A stretch of DNA of 64,000 bases from Veleropilina oligotropha (lineage: Eukaryota). A program made the position numbers and the translations under genes. The notes below the pieces were generated by a model. It did not search any database. It was not told the origin of the DNA and saw only the letters and a list, made by a program, of their open reading frames with translations. The stretch covers positions 1 through 64,000 of the forward strand of contig JBEUKZ010000130.1 of the NCBI GenBank assembly GCA_048128005.1, read 5' to 3'. Of the stretch, positions 12,444 through 26,490 are shown in pieces. Numbering within the stretch: the first letter of the stretch is position 1; each line of letters opens with the position of its first letter.

Positions 12444-14551
12444 GCGAGGGTGTGGATTTTCTCCGGATATCCTCCTGGCGAGGGTGGGGATTTTTCCCGG
12501 ATATCCTCCTGGCAAGGGTGGGGATTTTCCCAGGATATCCTCCTGGCGAGGGTGGGGATTTTCCCAGGATATCCTCTTGGTGCGGGTGGGGATTTTTCCC
12601 GGATATCCTCTTGGTGAGGGTGGGGATTTACTCTGGATATCCTCCTGGCAAGGGTGGGGATTTTCTCCGGATATCCTTCTGGCTAGGGCGAGGATTTTCT
12701 CCGGATATCCTCCTGGCGAGGGTGGGGATTTTCCCAGGATATCCTCTTGGTGCGGGTGGGGATTTTTCCCGGATATCCTCCTGGCAAGGGTGGGGATTTT
12801 CCCAGGATATCCTCCTGGCGAGGGTGGGGATTTTCCCAGGATATCCTCTTGGTGCAGGTGGGGATTTTTCCCGGATATCCTCTTGGTGAGGGTGGGGATT
12901 TACTCTGGATATCCTCCTGGCAAGGGTGGGGATTTTCCCAGGATATCCTCCTGGCGAGGGTGGGGATTTTCCCAGGATATCCTCTTGGTGCGGGTGGGGA
13001 TTTTTCCCGGATATCCTCTTGGTGAGGGTGGGGATTTACTCTGGATATCCTCCTGGCAAGGGTGGGGATTTTCTCCGGATATCCTCCTGGCTAGGGCGAG
13101 GATTTACTCTGGATATCCTCCTGGCAAGGGTGGGGATTTTCTCCGGATATCCTTCTGGCTAGGGCGAGGATTTTCTCCGGATATCCTCCTGGCGAGGGTG
13201 GGGATTTTCCCAGGATATCCTCTTGGTGCGGGTGGGGATTTTTCCCGGATATCCTCCTGGCAAGGGTGGGGATTTTCCCAGGATATCCTCCTGGCGAGGG
13301 TGGGGATTTTCCCAGGATATCCTCTTGGTGCGGGTGGGGATTTTTCCCGGATATCCTCTTGGTGAGGGTGGGGATTTACTCTGGATATCCTCCTGGCAAG
13401 GGTGGGGATTTTCCCAGGATATCCTCCTGGCGAGGGTGGGGATTTTCCCAGGATATCCTCTTGGTGCGGGTGGGGATTTTTCCCGGATATCCTCTTGGTG
13501 AGGGTGGGGATTTACTCTGGATATCCTCCTGGCAAGGGTGGGGATTTTCCCAGGATATCCTCCTGGCGAGGGTGGGGATTTTCCCAGGATATCCTCTTGG
13601 TGCGGGTGGGGATTTTTCCCGGATATCCTCTTGGTGAGGGTGGGGATTTACTCTGGATATCCTCCTGGCAAGGGTGGGGATTTTCCCAGGATATCCTCCT
13701 GGCGAGGGTGGGGATTTTCCCAGGATATCCTCTTGGTGCGGGTGGGGATTTTTCCCGGATATCCTCTTGGTGAGGGTGGGGATTTACTCTGGATATCCTC
13801 CTGGCAAGGGTGGGGATTTTCCCAGGATATCCTCCTGGCGAGGGTGGGGATTTTCCCAGGATATCCTCTTGGTGCGGGTGGGGATTTTTCCCGGATATCC
13901 TCTTGGTGAGGGTGGGGATTTTCTCCGGATATCCTCCTGGCGAGGGTGGGGATTTTTCCCGGATATCCTCCTGGCGAGGGTGGGGATATTTCCCAGATAT
14001 CCTCCTGGCGAGGGTGGGGATTTTTCCCGGATATCCTCTTGGTGAGGGTGGGGATTTACTCTGGATATCCTCCTGGCAAGGGTGGGGATTTTCCCAGGAT
14101 ATCCTCCTGGCGAGGGTGGGGATTTTCCCAGGATATCCTCTTGGTGCGGGTGGGGATTTTTCCCGGATATCCTCTTGGTGAGGGTGGGGATTTACTCTGG
14201 ATATCCTCCTGGCAAGGGTGGGGATTTTCCCAGGATATCCTCCTGGCGAGGGTGGGGATTTTCCCAGGATATCCTCTTGGTGCGGGTGGGGATTTTTCCC
14301 CGGATATCCTCTTGGTGAGGGTGGGGATTTACTCTGGATATCCTCCTGGCAAGGGTGGGGATTTTCTCCGGATATCCCCCTGGCGAGGGCGAGGATTTTC
14401 TCCGGATATCCTTCTGGCTAGGGCGAGGATTTTCTCCGGATATCCTCCTGGCGAGGGTGGGGATATTTCCCAGATATCCTCCTGGCGAGGGTGGGGATAT
14501 TTCCCAGATATCCTCCTGGCGAGGGTGGGGATTTTCTCCGGATATCCTCCT
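12444..14551. repeat. 34-bp G-rich minisatellite (~62 units) with 136-bp higher-order periodicity
   Basis: Unit GGATATCCTCCTGGCGAGGGTGGGGATTTTCCCA; near-identical ORFs recur every 136 bp from 13266 to 14218. Confidence 0.95.
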
Positions 14552-17037
14552 GCGATAATATGAATGTCCTAGTATGAACCTAAAGGTCGTAAGAACAGGA
14601 CATTAAGCATATATCAAAATGGAATCAAGCCATGTAAAATATTACAAACACTGGTCGAGCTTTCCAATGCTATGCAGACTGCACATTTAATAAATAACCA
14701 CAACAATATGTACAGGCCATATTGAATGATCAGCTTGCTCGAGGTAACACCGGTTTAACACGAACAGTAAGATGTTAAATAACAACGATGTTACGCAATT
14801 TCAATTGCAATACATTTTATTATGGTGGTGATGGTAAAACTGATCTTATGCTTGACGCTACGACGGAATCCAAGATAAGTTTTGCAGCTTCTTTGCTAAG
14901 GATAATGAACATTTTAACGGACTTTTGAATATTTTTTAGACATTGCACAGTCTTTAAATATAATCATATTGCATAGTCTTCATTAAGTTTGGTAAATAAT
15001 GAAATGATATAACATACTCGAAATTTTGAACAAGTGGTACATGTAACATTACTGTTACTGGCAAGGGGCTATTGAAGATGTTCTTGGATTCAGCAATAAG
15101 CATGTACATGGATATAGTAAATACCTTAGAAACCTTTGGCAATGCCAAATCTTGATTAACAAAGTGTGGAGATGAAACTATCAAAAAGGCAAAAATACAT
15201 GTTTTCAAAAGACTTGGTCACGAAATGTGGTCCTTTGCTACATATCAGCACCTTGATGCTTACATTGCAGGCTGACCAAACACTACGAAACAGACTTGCA
15301 TTGATGTGTGCATTGAATTAGATCTCAATAACATTACCACGTATATGAACAATAAACATGACCAACACAAGAACGACTTCACAGCAGGCATTCGAAACAT
15401 GGTACATCAGCTAACAACAGCTAAAGCGATTGATATCATAAAGGAATTTGCATATCAATCGAAACATGGTACGTCAGCTGACGACAGCTAAAGCATCAGT
15501 GATTGACACAGAAATTTGCATATTCATAACTGCAGCGATGTACACAGGCAGGCACGCGCAAGGAGACTACTTGTAAGCTAGACAGATCCATTGCATATTT
15601 ACTGGTGGCAAACGATATTCAAGTATTCATGTTTAGACAACATACAACATCACACTTAACAATTTGATACACTCGCATGCAGATTCAATTTATATATTTC
15701 AACTCAAAATATTGCAGATCGTGTTTAACCGAGATATTGACACACAAAAGTGTTGAAATAATAATGCCCATGTTGTAATTCTTTGTTTTTATAAATCTAG
15801 TTCTGTTATATCTTGTATAATTGTCTGAGATAATCATTAATAATGTGGAATCGCATCCAAAATGCCCATAATTTATTTGACCAGTGCCGACATTCACTAC
15901 ATATTTCTCCGGCATCGAACAACTCCACCACATCAGAAACTCCTAACATCGCATTAGTCTCCTCCTTATAATACAGTTGTATTATTGTTATGAATCCATC
16001 TGCAAACTACGACTACACCATGCTACATCTACTCACTAGGTACTTGTGACAAACTCCTTGTTCTTCAAGAAGCCAGCCAGCATTGTTACAAAAATATATA
16101 ATTTCTTCATCATTTATTCAATCAGCATACCTCTCTGCACTGCCTCCGGTCATAGCATGTATAATCTACTTTTACTTATATATATGATAAATTCAATTCT
16201 CAAACATAGCTTAATATATTCTCTCACTGCACCAAAAATGACAACATTCAAATTACAATATATACATGCTATGTCCTCTTATCCATGGACTGTGAATGAT
16301 ATTTATGATGCACCAAACAAAAATAACAATTGTTAATACAGTAGCATCGGCCATCGTTGATAAACTTGTCAGTTGGTGGGAATTTCGTGATGCACACACA
16401 ATATAAACTGGTGAGACATCAGCTGTCATTGTTTGTCGAATACCACCTTCCTTCTGACCACTACTGTCTATGAAAAATGTGGCAAACAAGTAATAATAAA
16501 CAAATATGCAAATAACAAAAAATATATAGACACTTGTATGTACAATAACTTTGCTGCCTTAATCAAACAAAACTCAACAAACAGATTATTTACCACATTT
16601 TCCATTGTGCCAATGATTTTCAGAAGATCGTCCCTACACTAACAGTATATGGGGAATTTCTCTATCTATAGTTTATTGATAGTGTGGTACTTTTAAAAGA
16701 AGTGTTAACACGATTCAGAAAATGTATATGAAATAATTGTTCTTAACGAGTGAACAAAAAAAAACATCCATTCCAAGTTAGAATGGTGGCTTGGAAATTC
16801 AATATGAATTGTGGCACTAATCAATTTGTCCACGGTAAGAACTTGTGGCATATAGTGGTCCGAAAGAAGGTCACTTCCTAATGTGCGTCGTACAAAGTCA
16901 CATGGATAAGCAAAGCATAACAGTTCTCTGATGTTAATGACCACTATACAGAATATATAAGATGAAGTAAATGTACAATATGGAGATAGTAATGCATAGG
17001 TCTATGTACACAAGGAACAGATAGATGAAACATAGGC

Positions 17038-17442
17038 CTAGGATTTGTGTACAATGACACCTGGGCGATGGTAGTACTGAGGAGGTATATGTAATAATTG
17101 CACGGCGATGGGATATTTTTCTGTGTACGTCGACGCATGGTGATACTGCACGTTCGGATGAGGCGCACAATGCGCGATTTCGGGTGAATTTCTACCAGAA
17201 CTGTCTGATTTATCGTCCTCACGGTCGCTCGTAACGCTTTCCTTGTCACTTTCCTCACTATGCGCAATGCGAGTCCTTTTATCTTCAAACTGCATTTCAT
17301 CCAAAACTCCGCCTTCGAGATGACAGATGGCCTCAAACATGGTTTCAAGGTTTTTTCGGGACATGGAGTTCTTGAAGCCATCCTCAACTGGTACTCTTTG
17401 CTCTGTGGATTGACACAATGGCGGCGTCGCTTCGGGATACAT
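17038..17442 (-). CDS. TFAP4: AP-4-like bHLH-ZIP transcription factor, coding exon 5 (last)
   Basis: Acceptor ..TTTTCACCAACAG, phase 0; contains SRKNLETMFEAICHLEG, matching the conserved AP-4 C-terminal SRQNLDTIVQAIQHIEG-type motif; TAG stop at 17040-17038. Confidence 0.8.
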   Translation of the reverse strand: MYPEATPPLCQSTEQRVPVEDGFKNSMSRKNLETMFEAICHLEGGVLDEMQFEDKRTRIAHSEESDKESVTSDREDDKSDSSGRNSPEIAHCAPHPNVQYHHASTYTEKYPIAVQLLHIPPQYYHRPGVIVHKS

Positions 17443-17747
17443 CTGTTGGTGAAAAACACATAGTTAACCCACAGCTGTATAGGTTGTCAAATAAGATTCA
17501 TACTTCAAACATTTTATTAATTTTAATAAATAATATGTTCATTTAATGGACAACAGTTACTGATTCCTAAAAACATGGATTATACAATACGCAAACAATT
17601 ATTTACTTGTAAGATTACGAATATTTCTGTACAAACTGTAATGAATGAGATAAATTACACAGTGTGACTACCAGGTACGTCAACTTCACAATCTTTTCAG
17701 GTCTTCTGTAGACAAGAAAATACGTACATTTAAACAGCTATACTTAC

Positions 17748-18019
17748 CGTTTTCTCTGAGTGCAGCTGCATGCGTGCCTGCATTTGCCGTTGCAACTGGC
17801 GTAAATGATCAGGGTACATTTTTCCTTCTAGTGCTCGGATTTTTTCGGGGTAGATTTTCGCTTCAAGCGTTCGAATTTTTTCATCCAGAAACGTGCGATG
17901 ACGTCTTTCTCTGTCCAGCTGGCATCGGAGATCGATCAGCTCTCGTCGGAAATCGTCAGTGGTCGTGTCATCGCCATAGTCCGACGGAATGCTCATACTG
18001 ATTCCCTCATCTGAAGACT
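17748..18019 (-). CDS. TFAP4: AP-4-like, coding exon 4 (ESSDEGI motif and second coiled coil)
   Basis: Acceptor TTACAG completes the phase-1 codon; ESSDEGIS...LRCQLDRERRHRTFLDEKIRTLE; donor ACG|GTAAGT; 272 nt keeps frame. Confidence 0.85.
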
Positions 18020-18180
18020 CTGTAATAGACACAAGATTTCCTATATTTATGGAATTTCTATGATACATTATTTCAATTGAACTGGGATGGATTCTAACCA
18101 AGAGATTTCTTCGTATTAATACAATATTCACACATATTTAGGCAGTTCGGATGTGTGTTCAACAATTAGTTTGTATTTAC

Positions 18181-18358
18181 CGGTGTCTCGCTTTTTCCTC
18201 TTTGGTAGAGGAGAGTCCTGAATACTGAGACCTTCGTTGTCTCGTTCACGTGTCAATTCTTCCACCACGCATTTCAGGTGTGTATTCTGTGCCAGGAGCT
18301 TCTGTTTCTCTTCCAGAAGGCTGCTGATGAAGTCTGTCGTTTGTTGAAGAATGGCTGC
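18181..18358 (-). CDS. TFAP4: AP-4-like, coding exon 3 (helix 2, leucine zipper, NLS)
   Basis: AAILQQTTDFISSLLEEKQKLLAQNTHLK...SPLPKRKKRDT; CAG acceptor and G|GTAAAT donor; 178 nt; absent from the ORF track. Confidence 0.9.
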
Positions 18359-18540
18359 CTGTAATGCAAGAACGGGAATATAGAATCAAAGTGAAGAGAC
18401 TAAAACTTTATTTCTAAAAGCAAAATTTTCTGCAATACAGAAAAATTGAACTTTTATTTTCAGCATGATGATGAAAACCACACAGCACTAGACGATCATA
18501 GCTGTTTATGGCATGTTATATTGTTACAAATGGTTGATTC

Positions 18541-18873
18541 CAGGGTTCATACAGATTTTCAATATCAAATTTCCAGGACCTTTTCAAGGATTAATTTCCG
18601 AAATTCAAGGGTATTTCTCTGAATACGAAATAGTTCAAAGGTAACCCTAAACCAAACCCTGCTCAGTCCGCAGTCCATTTCATTTTTACTAGAGCTAAAA
18701 TTTATTCTCCAACCACCACAGAGACACATTTTAGTCAGATAACAACAACGTAAAGTAAAACTCAATGACTTTTCCAAAACTTTCTGCCCAAATGCCAGAT
18801 TTTCCATGACTTCAAGGGCCTTGAAACAGCATCAATACAATTCCATGACTTTCAAGGACGTGTGCGAACCCTG
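18541..18873. mobile_element. Short intronic MITE with CAGGGTTC termini
   Basis: CAGGGTTCATACA ... GTGTGCGAACCCTG; flanks TGATTC/TGACTC. Confidence 0.6.
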
Positions 18874-21800
18874 TGACTCCTCACTTACTGTTATTGCTCA
18901 CCAACCCTAGAAAATCTGAGGATATTAATGTGAGCAGATTTATTATTTATTTCATTGACATTTGATAGAGTTGATCAATTTTGATTGATAAATAAATATA
19001 TTACCAATCAACATTATTTGTGGACACTAAATATTTTAAGGCAAATAAAAAATTATTTTAATTATAAATTAATTTATTATTTTAAGTTATTAATATTAAA
19101 TTGTAAAATAAAGACAGAACATAAATCATTTATCTTGGAATTTTTAACACAATGAAGAAATATTTGTATAACCATGTAAATAAATTGCAAGTAAACACAT
19201 ATTGTATTAATATATATTTCCTTGTGTGTACTTTTCGGCGATTGCAAATACCAGTTGATAAAAACTGACACCAATAATAATCTCACAGCCTATGATAGGA
19301 CGACGTCTGCATACTTAATTCACATACACGTCTTAGTCACAAGGTAGTCAAGCCCATCTTTTCACATGAATGGCCTTTGGAATGTGTGCTATGTACTGAC
19401 TAGACATAAACTCACAGACCTACTTGTTGCACAAAGCCGACCACTTGAAGCTATCAAAAACATGTTGTCACATGATGCGACACCAACCAGAACCTGTTCA
19501 ACAAGCATCCAAATACCAAGCCAATGAATGGAGGACGTGTGGATAAAATACGAAACATCATATACATACTTATACAATGGTCAAGCAACAGACAACAACT
19601 ATTACAATGGCACTTTCATTGCATAAACCGCCCACTCTCCTTTCCTTATTCAATTTGGGCGAACAAGTGACTTATTTATGTGTGTGTGTATCTATCTATC
19701 ACCAGGTTACACGAAACTGTAGTTTTGCGATCATCAAACAGTCCTCTAACTAGCACTACGTGCATTGTAAGTTTTCTGTCATATTTTTTGTTTCCACCTG
19801 TTCAAAAAAATTGATATTTTCTGAATTAACTTAATAAGAATTAATTTTCTATTTTAATTCATACACATCCATGAAATAACCCGCAACTTTAACTCCTAAG
19901 ACATAATTTTCACAATTCGTAAAGCCAACTTTAAATTTTTAAATATTTATGGACACTTGTTTCTTAAATCAGCTGGTACTGTTTAGTGTTATCAATTTGA
20001 ACTTTCAACGGCTAGTTCACACAGAACTTACTTTTAGTATTAACTTGTCACAAACAGAAACGTGTAAAAACCTGTCTATGTCATTCAAAATAAGTCGTTA
20101 CAAAATCAATGGACAGATATAGATTCTGCTTCAATCGACACAATAATAGTAGCAATCTGAGCGGCCAAAGGTCAACTCTTAAGTTCCCTTGTGGATGTGA
20201 CATGGTCATAAATCACACCACTCTCCGCCTTAGTAGCCATTTGGATATCACCTTTCTACAGATCATAATTATCGGCCACAATTGTGACAGAACATTATGA
20301 TTATGGAGTATTTACAATAGAAGATTACTGATTGAATAAATAAATTCTTAATATCTTCTGTCCAATAAGCTCGCCCAAGAAATTTTATGAATGAATTCAA
20401 ATTCAATAGGATTTGAGATATATTACTTGGCAATGACAGACACGGGTAATATATTGACATTCGACAACTTATCCAGTCAGTTTATATTTAATTTGATCAG
20501 GAATGATATAAACAAAATACCTTTGTTAATTTAAAAACAAAATCTCATTTAAATATTGCAAATATCTACCTAAATCAATACATGCTAGGGTGTACAATTG
20601 GAGGCCTTAAAACTGGTCACCAGTCCTGTCACTACAGAGACTTTGAAAATATTAAAAGTATAACATTTTCAAAAGTAAATTTCAGTTCGGAACCTTGTTT
20701 ACTGTTTATGAAATGGTCCCGTCAAGCTACAGCTCTTGACTCCCACTTCTTCGAGTCAGAGCCGCATCACTGTCCGGCTATATATAAGCAGACATAACCT
20801 GATAGTCTTTGGGCCGTCTAGCTGCAGTTCATGCAGGCTCTCAGCATCTGCTTGGTAACACGAAATCTAGGTCATTTCCCCATGAATGGAGGAGGAGGTG
20901 ATCTGGTGCACATTTTTTGAGCTCCTGCACAGCAGCTGCTGAAGTAAAATACACCCAGCTTTGCAGGCAACGCAGACTGCATATGGACATAACACCGAAG
21001 GAGCAGACAAACACTCTGCACTCTCCAGCGCACCATATATGCAGGAAAAGACTGTATGGCATGACAGATTTAAATAATCCGAAAAATAGAAGTAACGAGT
21101 CTGACACTACTAATAAATTGATTAAAAAAAATAACTTTTCCCGGTGCACAAAAATCCAAGAGTGGTACTTTTTTTTTTTAAATCTTTAATTACGGCAAGG
21201 TAATATTTAAATTGATTAAACTTGGCAAAAGTAATTTTGCGGAAATAATTTAAAGAAATAATCCTCGTTTCACACAAAATTTATTATAAAGGTGATACAT
21301 ATTTTTTATATAAATCTAATACTATATATAAAATATTGTAAAAATGGCAATCAATCTACATTCAACATGAAATACTAAATCTTACGCAACTTCAAGAGTC
21401 GTCTGAAAATGATGCAAATATCTCTAATTAGCATGTGCATCCTTATGCAAACACACAGGTGCACTATCAGGTATCTGTCTGGCCAATGGAGTGTCAGTCA
21501 AAATATAGACCTACAACCAACCGCCCAGAGCCAAAAGCGTTGGCTTAGATCCAGCATTTGATTGTGCCACACACAGACTACAAGTATCATCTTCACGCTC
21601 CGTTAGTAAATGTCTGCTGCCATAACCCACACCTGGCCGACTGGAAGAAGCTAAAAAATCTTAAAGGGAGAGATCAAAATATCTATCTAGCTCAGTCAGT
21701 GCCGGGAGATGTTTCACATTCCTTGAATATCTGCAGTGTCTGTGGAATGATTCACGCAGTTAAACGCTGTATTTAGTCTGCTGTTAGCGCATTTACATTG

Positions 21801-22700
21801 CCATCAAGACAATGGCAATCAAAATGCATGTCAGCTGGTCAAGCCGCCTGGAAGATGGCCAGACATTAAAATCATCACGCAGAAGAAATCAATCAGACTG
21901 ATAAGACAATGAATCGTAGCGCAGACTGTGCTATATTTGGAATAAATTTCCACGCAACAAGCGAAAATTCAAGTAATAACATATGGTGCAAATTATTTTT
22001 AATAATTAGTATTTTAATACCCATATTGACTGATCAATATAATATAATATATTGAATATTTTATTTCTATTTAGACTATTATTTTCTTTCATGTTAAACA
22101 TTATGCCAACAAATTTAAGACCTTTGAAATTTTATTTTTATACTTTCTCATTTAACATATTACGAGTAAAATCAGTTCATTTAGTACTACCAAATTGTGA
22201 ATTTATCAATAGAATAATATTCTGTTTGATGAGCTAACTGTATAATATGCAGATCAAACATTATGCTATTAATTATGCATAGAATGGAGATGCTATTAAT
22301 TATGCATATCATGTATAATTATAACTTGAACATTGTCGTATGCATTAATGATTATACACAACCCAACAAAGTAGCCTTTCAAGATTTTTATTAAAAAGAA
22401 AATGGGCAAAAAAGTTCACGATGTTGATTCTTTTCATGTGATGTCGACCACACTGCTTGCCGAGTGGATAAGAGTGAGAACTCTGAATTCATCGCTTGGA
22501 TGCTCTGTCGAACAGGAGTTCTCGACTGAGCACTTTCTTCAATTAACAGGTACAATTGTCTATAACTGGTCTACGAGTGCAGGTTTTCCCAAGCGACAGG
22601 GCTTGTCTCCCGTGCTAGCATGGCCTGGTATGCATCTGAAGCATCGATTCAAATCTGAACTCGAGCTTTCCTCGTGCAGGTATAGTATACTATCTCTCAC

Positions 22701-22860
22701 CTTGCTGAGTTTCTCTCCGTCTTGATGAGGGAGGACAGTTTTCAGCGACTGGAATCCTGCGTTGATGCTCTGCATGCGACGACGCTCGTTGCTGTTCGCG
22801 ATTTCTCTGCGCATTTTCTTCTCTTGTTCCAGGTGGATTTTGGGCGACAAGGATTCCTGT
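22701..22860 (-). CDS. TFAP4: AP-4-like, coding exon 2 (basic region, helix 1, loop)
   Basis: EKKMRREIANSNERRRMQSINAGFQSLKTVLPHQDGEKLSK is the AP-4 bHLH signature; TTGCAG acceptor and AAG|GTGAG donor; 160 nt. Confidence 0.95.
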
Positions 22861-24708
22861 CTGCAATTGCAAAAACAAAACAAATAACGTTGAGGTATTT
22901 CTGTAAAATTAATTTATCTTCCAGGTGTTGCAATGTGTACAGTATTAAAATTATTATGGCTACCTCACCTATCTAATGGCATTTTTAATAATATAATTTG
23001 CAATGTAAATTATCTTCTAATGCAAGTTATTCAATTTGGATAAAATACTTATAAAACTCATAATTCGGAATTAAAATATAAAATACATTCTTAAAATACG
23101 GCATATTCCAATCATAAATGGCAGCAATTTTTTTTTAAAATTGGTTAACATTTGCATGTCATATGGATAACCGTATCAATGTGTCACTCAATAATGCTAA
23201 ATTATGATTTTCCCAAAGAAACAACAGCTCATTTTATCTTGCATTGTTTTATTTTGTATTTAATTATTCATTGCATATCGCGACATCAAAACAAGTAGTG
23301 CACCGCAATAATTCATCCGTCTGTCTAGCCATTAGCCGCGATCCTTCTATCTTTACACTAGTTGCTGGTTCCCACTAGTAAAATGAATGAAATGGGACCA
23401 TTTATGCAGCACAAAATCAATAGCGCATCGATCCACTCCGCCGTCGGCCAACACAAAGCCGAGCTGGCAGCGAGCCAAGTAGACCTAGACGTCTACAAAA
23501 CAGCTTATTCCGCCTCATATTAGCGAACTTTATCATCAACTTGTGGATTTCATAAAAATTTCATCTCTGTGTCCACAAGACAGCAATAAGATGCAGATGT
23601 GAATATTGTTACAAATAATGCTAAAAACATTTAAGAAAACATAATACATCTCGAGTGCTAGAAATATTTGAAATGGCCGCCCACAAGTTGGCAGCGTGCC
23701 AGCGGCTGGTCTGCGCTCGTGATGGCCCAAGTTCAGTAGGGAGACCTCTTGCCTGTCGCGGCGGTCTGGGGTAACTGACCTCGCAGCCAAACAACAAACA
23801 GACAGGCCATTTTAGTAAAAATTTGTCAACAAATAATATTAATATAATTTAGAGAATAAAATTAAAATATTAACACATAATCCTACTCGTTGAGAGTATA
23901 CTTGATAAATATTCAATCGAAATACTAAATTCAAGCAGTATGGCATATTTCCACATTCGGAACTATTAATGGCCTAAATTTCATTTTAAATACACATAAA
24001 TTTGTCGACATCGTTTAAATCAAATAGGCATATGTAATATTTAGGATCGCACAATATTCCAATATTATATAAACGTCAATATGCTGTTGTTTTAGTATAG
24101 ACAGTAACTGCGTACGTCCAATTAAAATAAGAAGAAAATAATACTATTCTTTTAAAATGGAACTATTTATTAACAACCTCAAGAGAAGTCAAATATCGCA
24201 ATGAACAACAGAAGCAGGCAGTCTGTACACCAAATTACCAAAATCCGTCAGAAGCGCTGAACGGCAATTCCAATTAAGTTATCGCTATAAATCATCAGTC
24301 CTGTTTATTTAACAATTAAAGTACAAAATATACAAACACTATTACGTTGATTACGCCCATGAAGATTGCAGATCGGTAAACAAATTACAACCCGACATCA
24401 ACAAGTCGGCTCCCTGGAAACGGCCGACGCCTTCTCGGGGCTGCTTTTGTTATGCGCCTGAAGTATGCAACGCTAACCATGTGGCTACGCATTCGAGGAA
24501 AGAAAACTGCTTAAATTTACTAAATAAATACTTTCAGCAAAATTTTATATATTTATACACGTCAGGATATCTGTTAGCATCATAATAGTATACTACCTTG
24601 GATGCATTTGAATTGGTGTTGGAGATAAACTCAAAACATGGAGAAGTTACACACAATTTACGGCAATGTTTATATTCTGACACGATGCGTACGCGGTCTA
24701 CAACTTAC

Positions 24709-24776
24709 CTCGATAAACCGACAGCTATTTCCTGCGTTCTAAGTCGATATTCCTGCAAGATTCTTTTCTTATCCAT
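24709..24776 (-). CDS. TFAP4: AP-4-like, probable first coding exon
   Basis: ATG...MDKKRILQEYRLRTQEIAVGLS then AG|GTAAGT; phase 2 matches exon 2; loosely resembles the AP-4 N-terminus. Confidence 0.7.
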
Positions 24777-24915
24777 TTCGAAGACACTTTCACGTTATGT
24801 GTGATATCAGTGGACCACAGTAATAAAGTAGAAATAGTGAAATTATCAAGATATTTACGGTTGTAAAATAACGTTCACAACAAATTCAGATCACCTCAGC
24901 TAGAATGAGTAATAA

Positions 24916-25776
24916 TTGGCGGGAAACAGCTGTATGGCGATTCACAGAATCAATTATTACACAGGGAAAATTATGGACAATTTTACAAACGCTTTTATGA
25001 AACTGAAATTACAAAAATAATTTGTCAACATACGAAGTGCAATTATTAAAGTATTATTTATATAAAATAGTTTTAAATTTTATAAAAGGTAATGTTTTTT
25101 ACATGGTCCTATTTCTCGTCGCGTATGCGACATTTGTGTTCAGGCTTTGTTGGTAGGGCGCGGGAAAGCAGAATATAAACAAACCAACAGCTGTTGGGCA
25201 CCTTGCCACGTGACCGGTAATGGGAATTTACAACGTCTATGAAAACGTTTGCAAATTTTATCTTATTATGAAAAAGAAACCATCAATTTGAGACTTTATC
25301 ATCAACAAAAATTTGTTTTTTAGTATATGACAATAATATTGCATTTGACAAAAAATGTGTACTTAAATGTAGCGGCAAAATACTGGATGTGACAATGAAA
25401 TTCTCCCAACGTATACAGAATGTTTGGAATGCAGGCTGCTCTATGACATTACCATGTAGGGCGATACTAAATTAAGCGGTAAGAGTCAGCTGATGTGGTC
25501 GAGCTTTCTGATTGGCTGTCGGTGGCCCAGACACAATCATCCGGCCTTCATATATTATTAAGATTTACATACTACTATTTTCACGGCAAAGGGAAAATAA
25601 CACACTTTATCAAACCAGTAAAAATTCAATATTTTGAGCACTGCTGTCCATGTTATGGGAATGTGCTTCATACCAATAATTAAATGAGTCACATAAACAT
25701 TGCGAAAGTGTCCTTGATTTGGCAAACTTCCATGAAATCGATTTCTGTGCTTTCTCGTACGTAGTAACATCAGCTG
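24916..25776 (-). promoter_or_regulatory. Putative AP-4 promoter with E2F, E-box and CCAAT motifs
   Basis: TTGGCGGGAAA 24916; GGCGCGGGAAA 25157; CAGCTG at 24927, 25188, 25487, 25771; CACGTG 25207; ATTGG 25511. Confidence 0.45.
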
Positions 25777-26120
25777 ACCCATTCTCTAATCAGGTGACTC
25801 GGCCATGTGATTCATGAAGTAGTCTGTGTTGATTTCACCGCGTGACGTTTTGTTTGGCATGTAGGGGGTCGAGCATGTGCAGTGGAGGTCCAACCATGCT
25901 CTTCCTGTTTAGCAAAATGGTGAAAACATAGAAAGAAGACACACTTTCTTGCACATAAAAGGGCGTAATTTCAGGTATATGAAGGTGTTAATAACGTATT
26001 GCAACAGAAAAGAAGCTAAATTTTCATGTGGTGAAATCATTGTGCTGTGAATTGTTGACAATGCATGTAGGTCATTAGTAGCAAGTTTCAATGTTAAGCG
26101 TTGTCAGTTAAAGGGTTACT

Positions 26121-26490
26121 AATAATATACCATGGGGTCTTATGGTATTGTGGGTCTTACATATTTCAATTAAATAAACAAATGACATGATTAACGTTTC
26201 ATATCCTTCTTAAAAAATAACGTATCTATTATCTTTTTGATATGACCTGAGCGACGAAATTTGTCAGCTGTCATTTTACATCATTTCAAAGGAGAGTAGT
26301 ATACACAAATAATATACCATGGGGTATTATGGTATTGTGGGTCTTACATATTTCAATTAAATAAACAAATGACATGATTAAAGTTTCATATCCTTCTTAA
26401 AAAATAACGTATCTATAATCTTTTTGATATGACCTGAGTGACGAAATCTGTCGGTCGTCATTTTACATCATTTCAAAGGAGAGTAGTATA
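26121..26490. repeat. ~190-bp tandem duplication
   Basis: AATAATATACCATGGGGT...GGAGAGTAGTATAC twice with few substitutions. Confidence 0.85.

Noticed and set aside
12444..14551. CRISPR-like array
   Set aside because: Units are contiguous with no unique spacers, there are no cas genes, and the context is eukaryotic
12223..14563. Many Gly/Pro/Trp-rich ORFs
   Set aside because: By-products of the 34-bp repeat read in rotating frames
22447..22535. tRNA-like sequence (GCCGAGTGGATAAGAG; similar at ~8180 and ~12330)
   Set aside because: No complete cloverleaf or clean B-box; more likely decayed SINE heads
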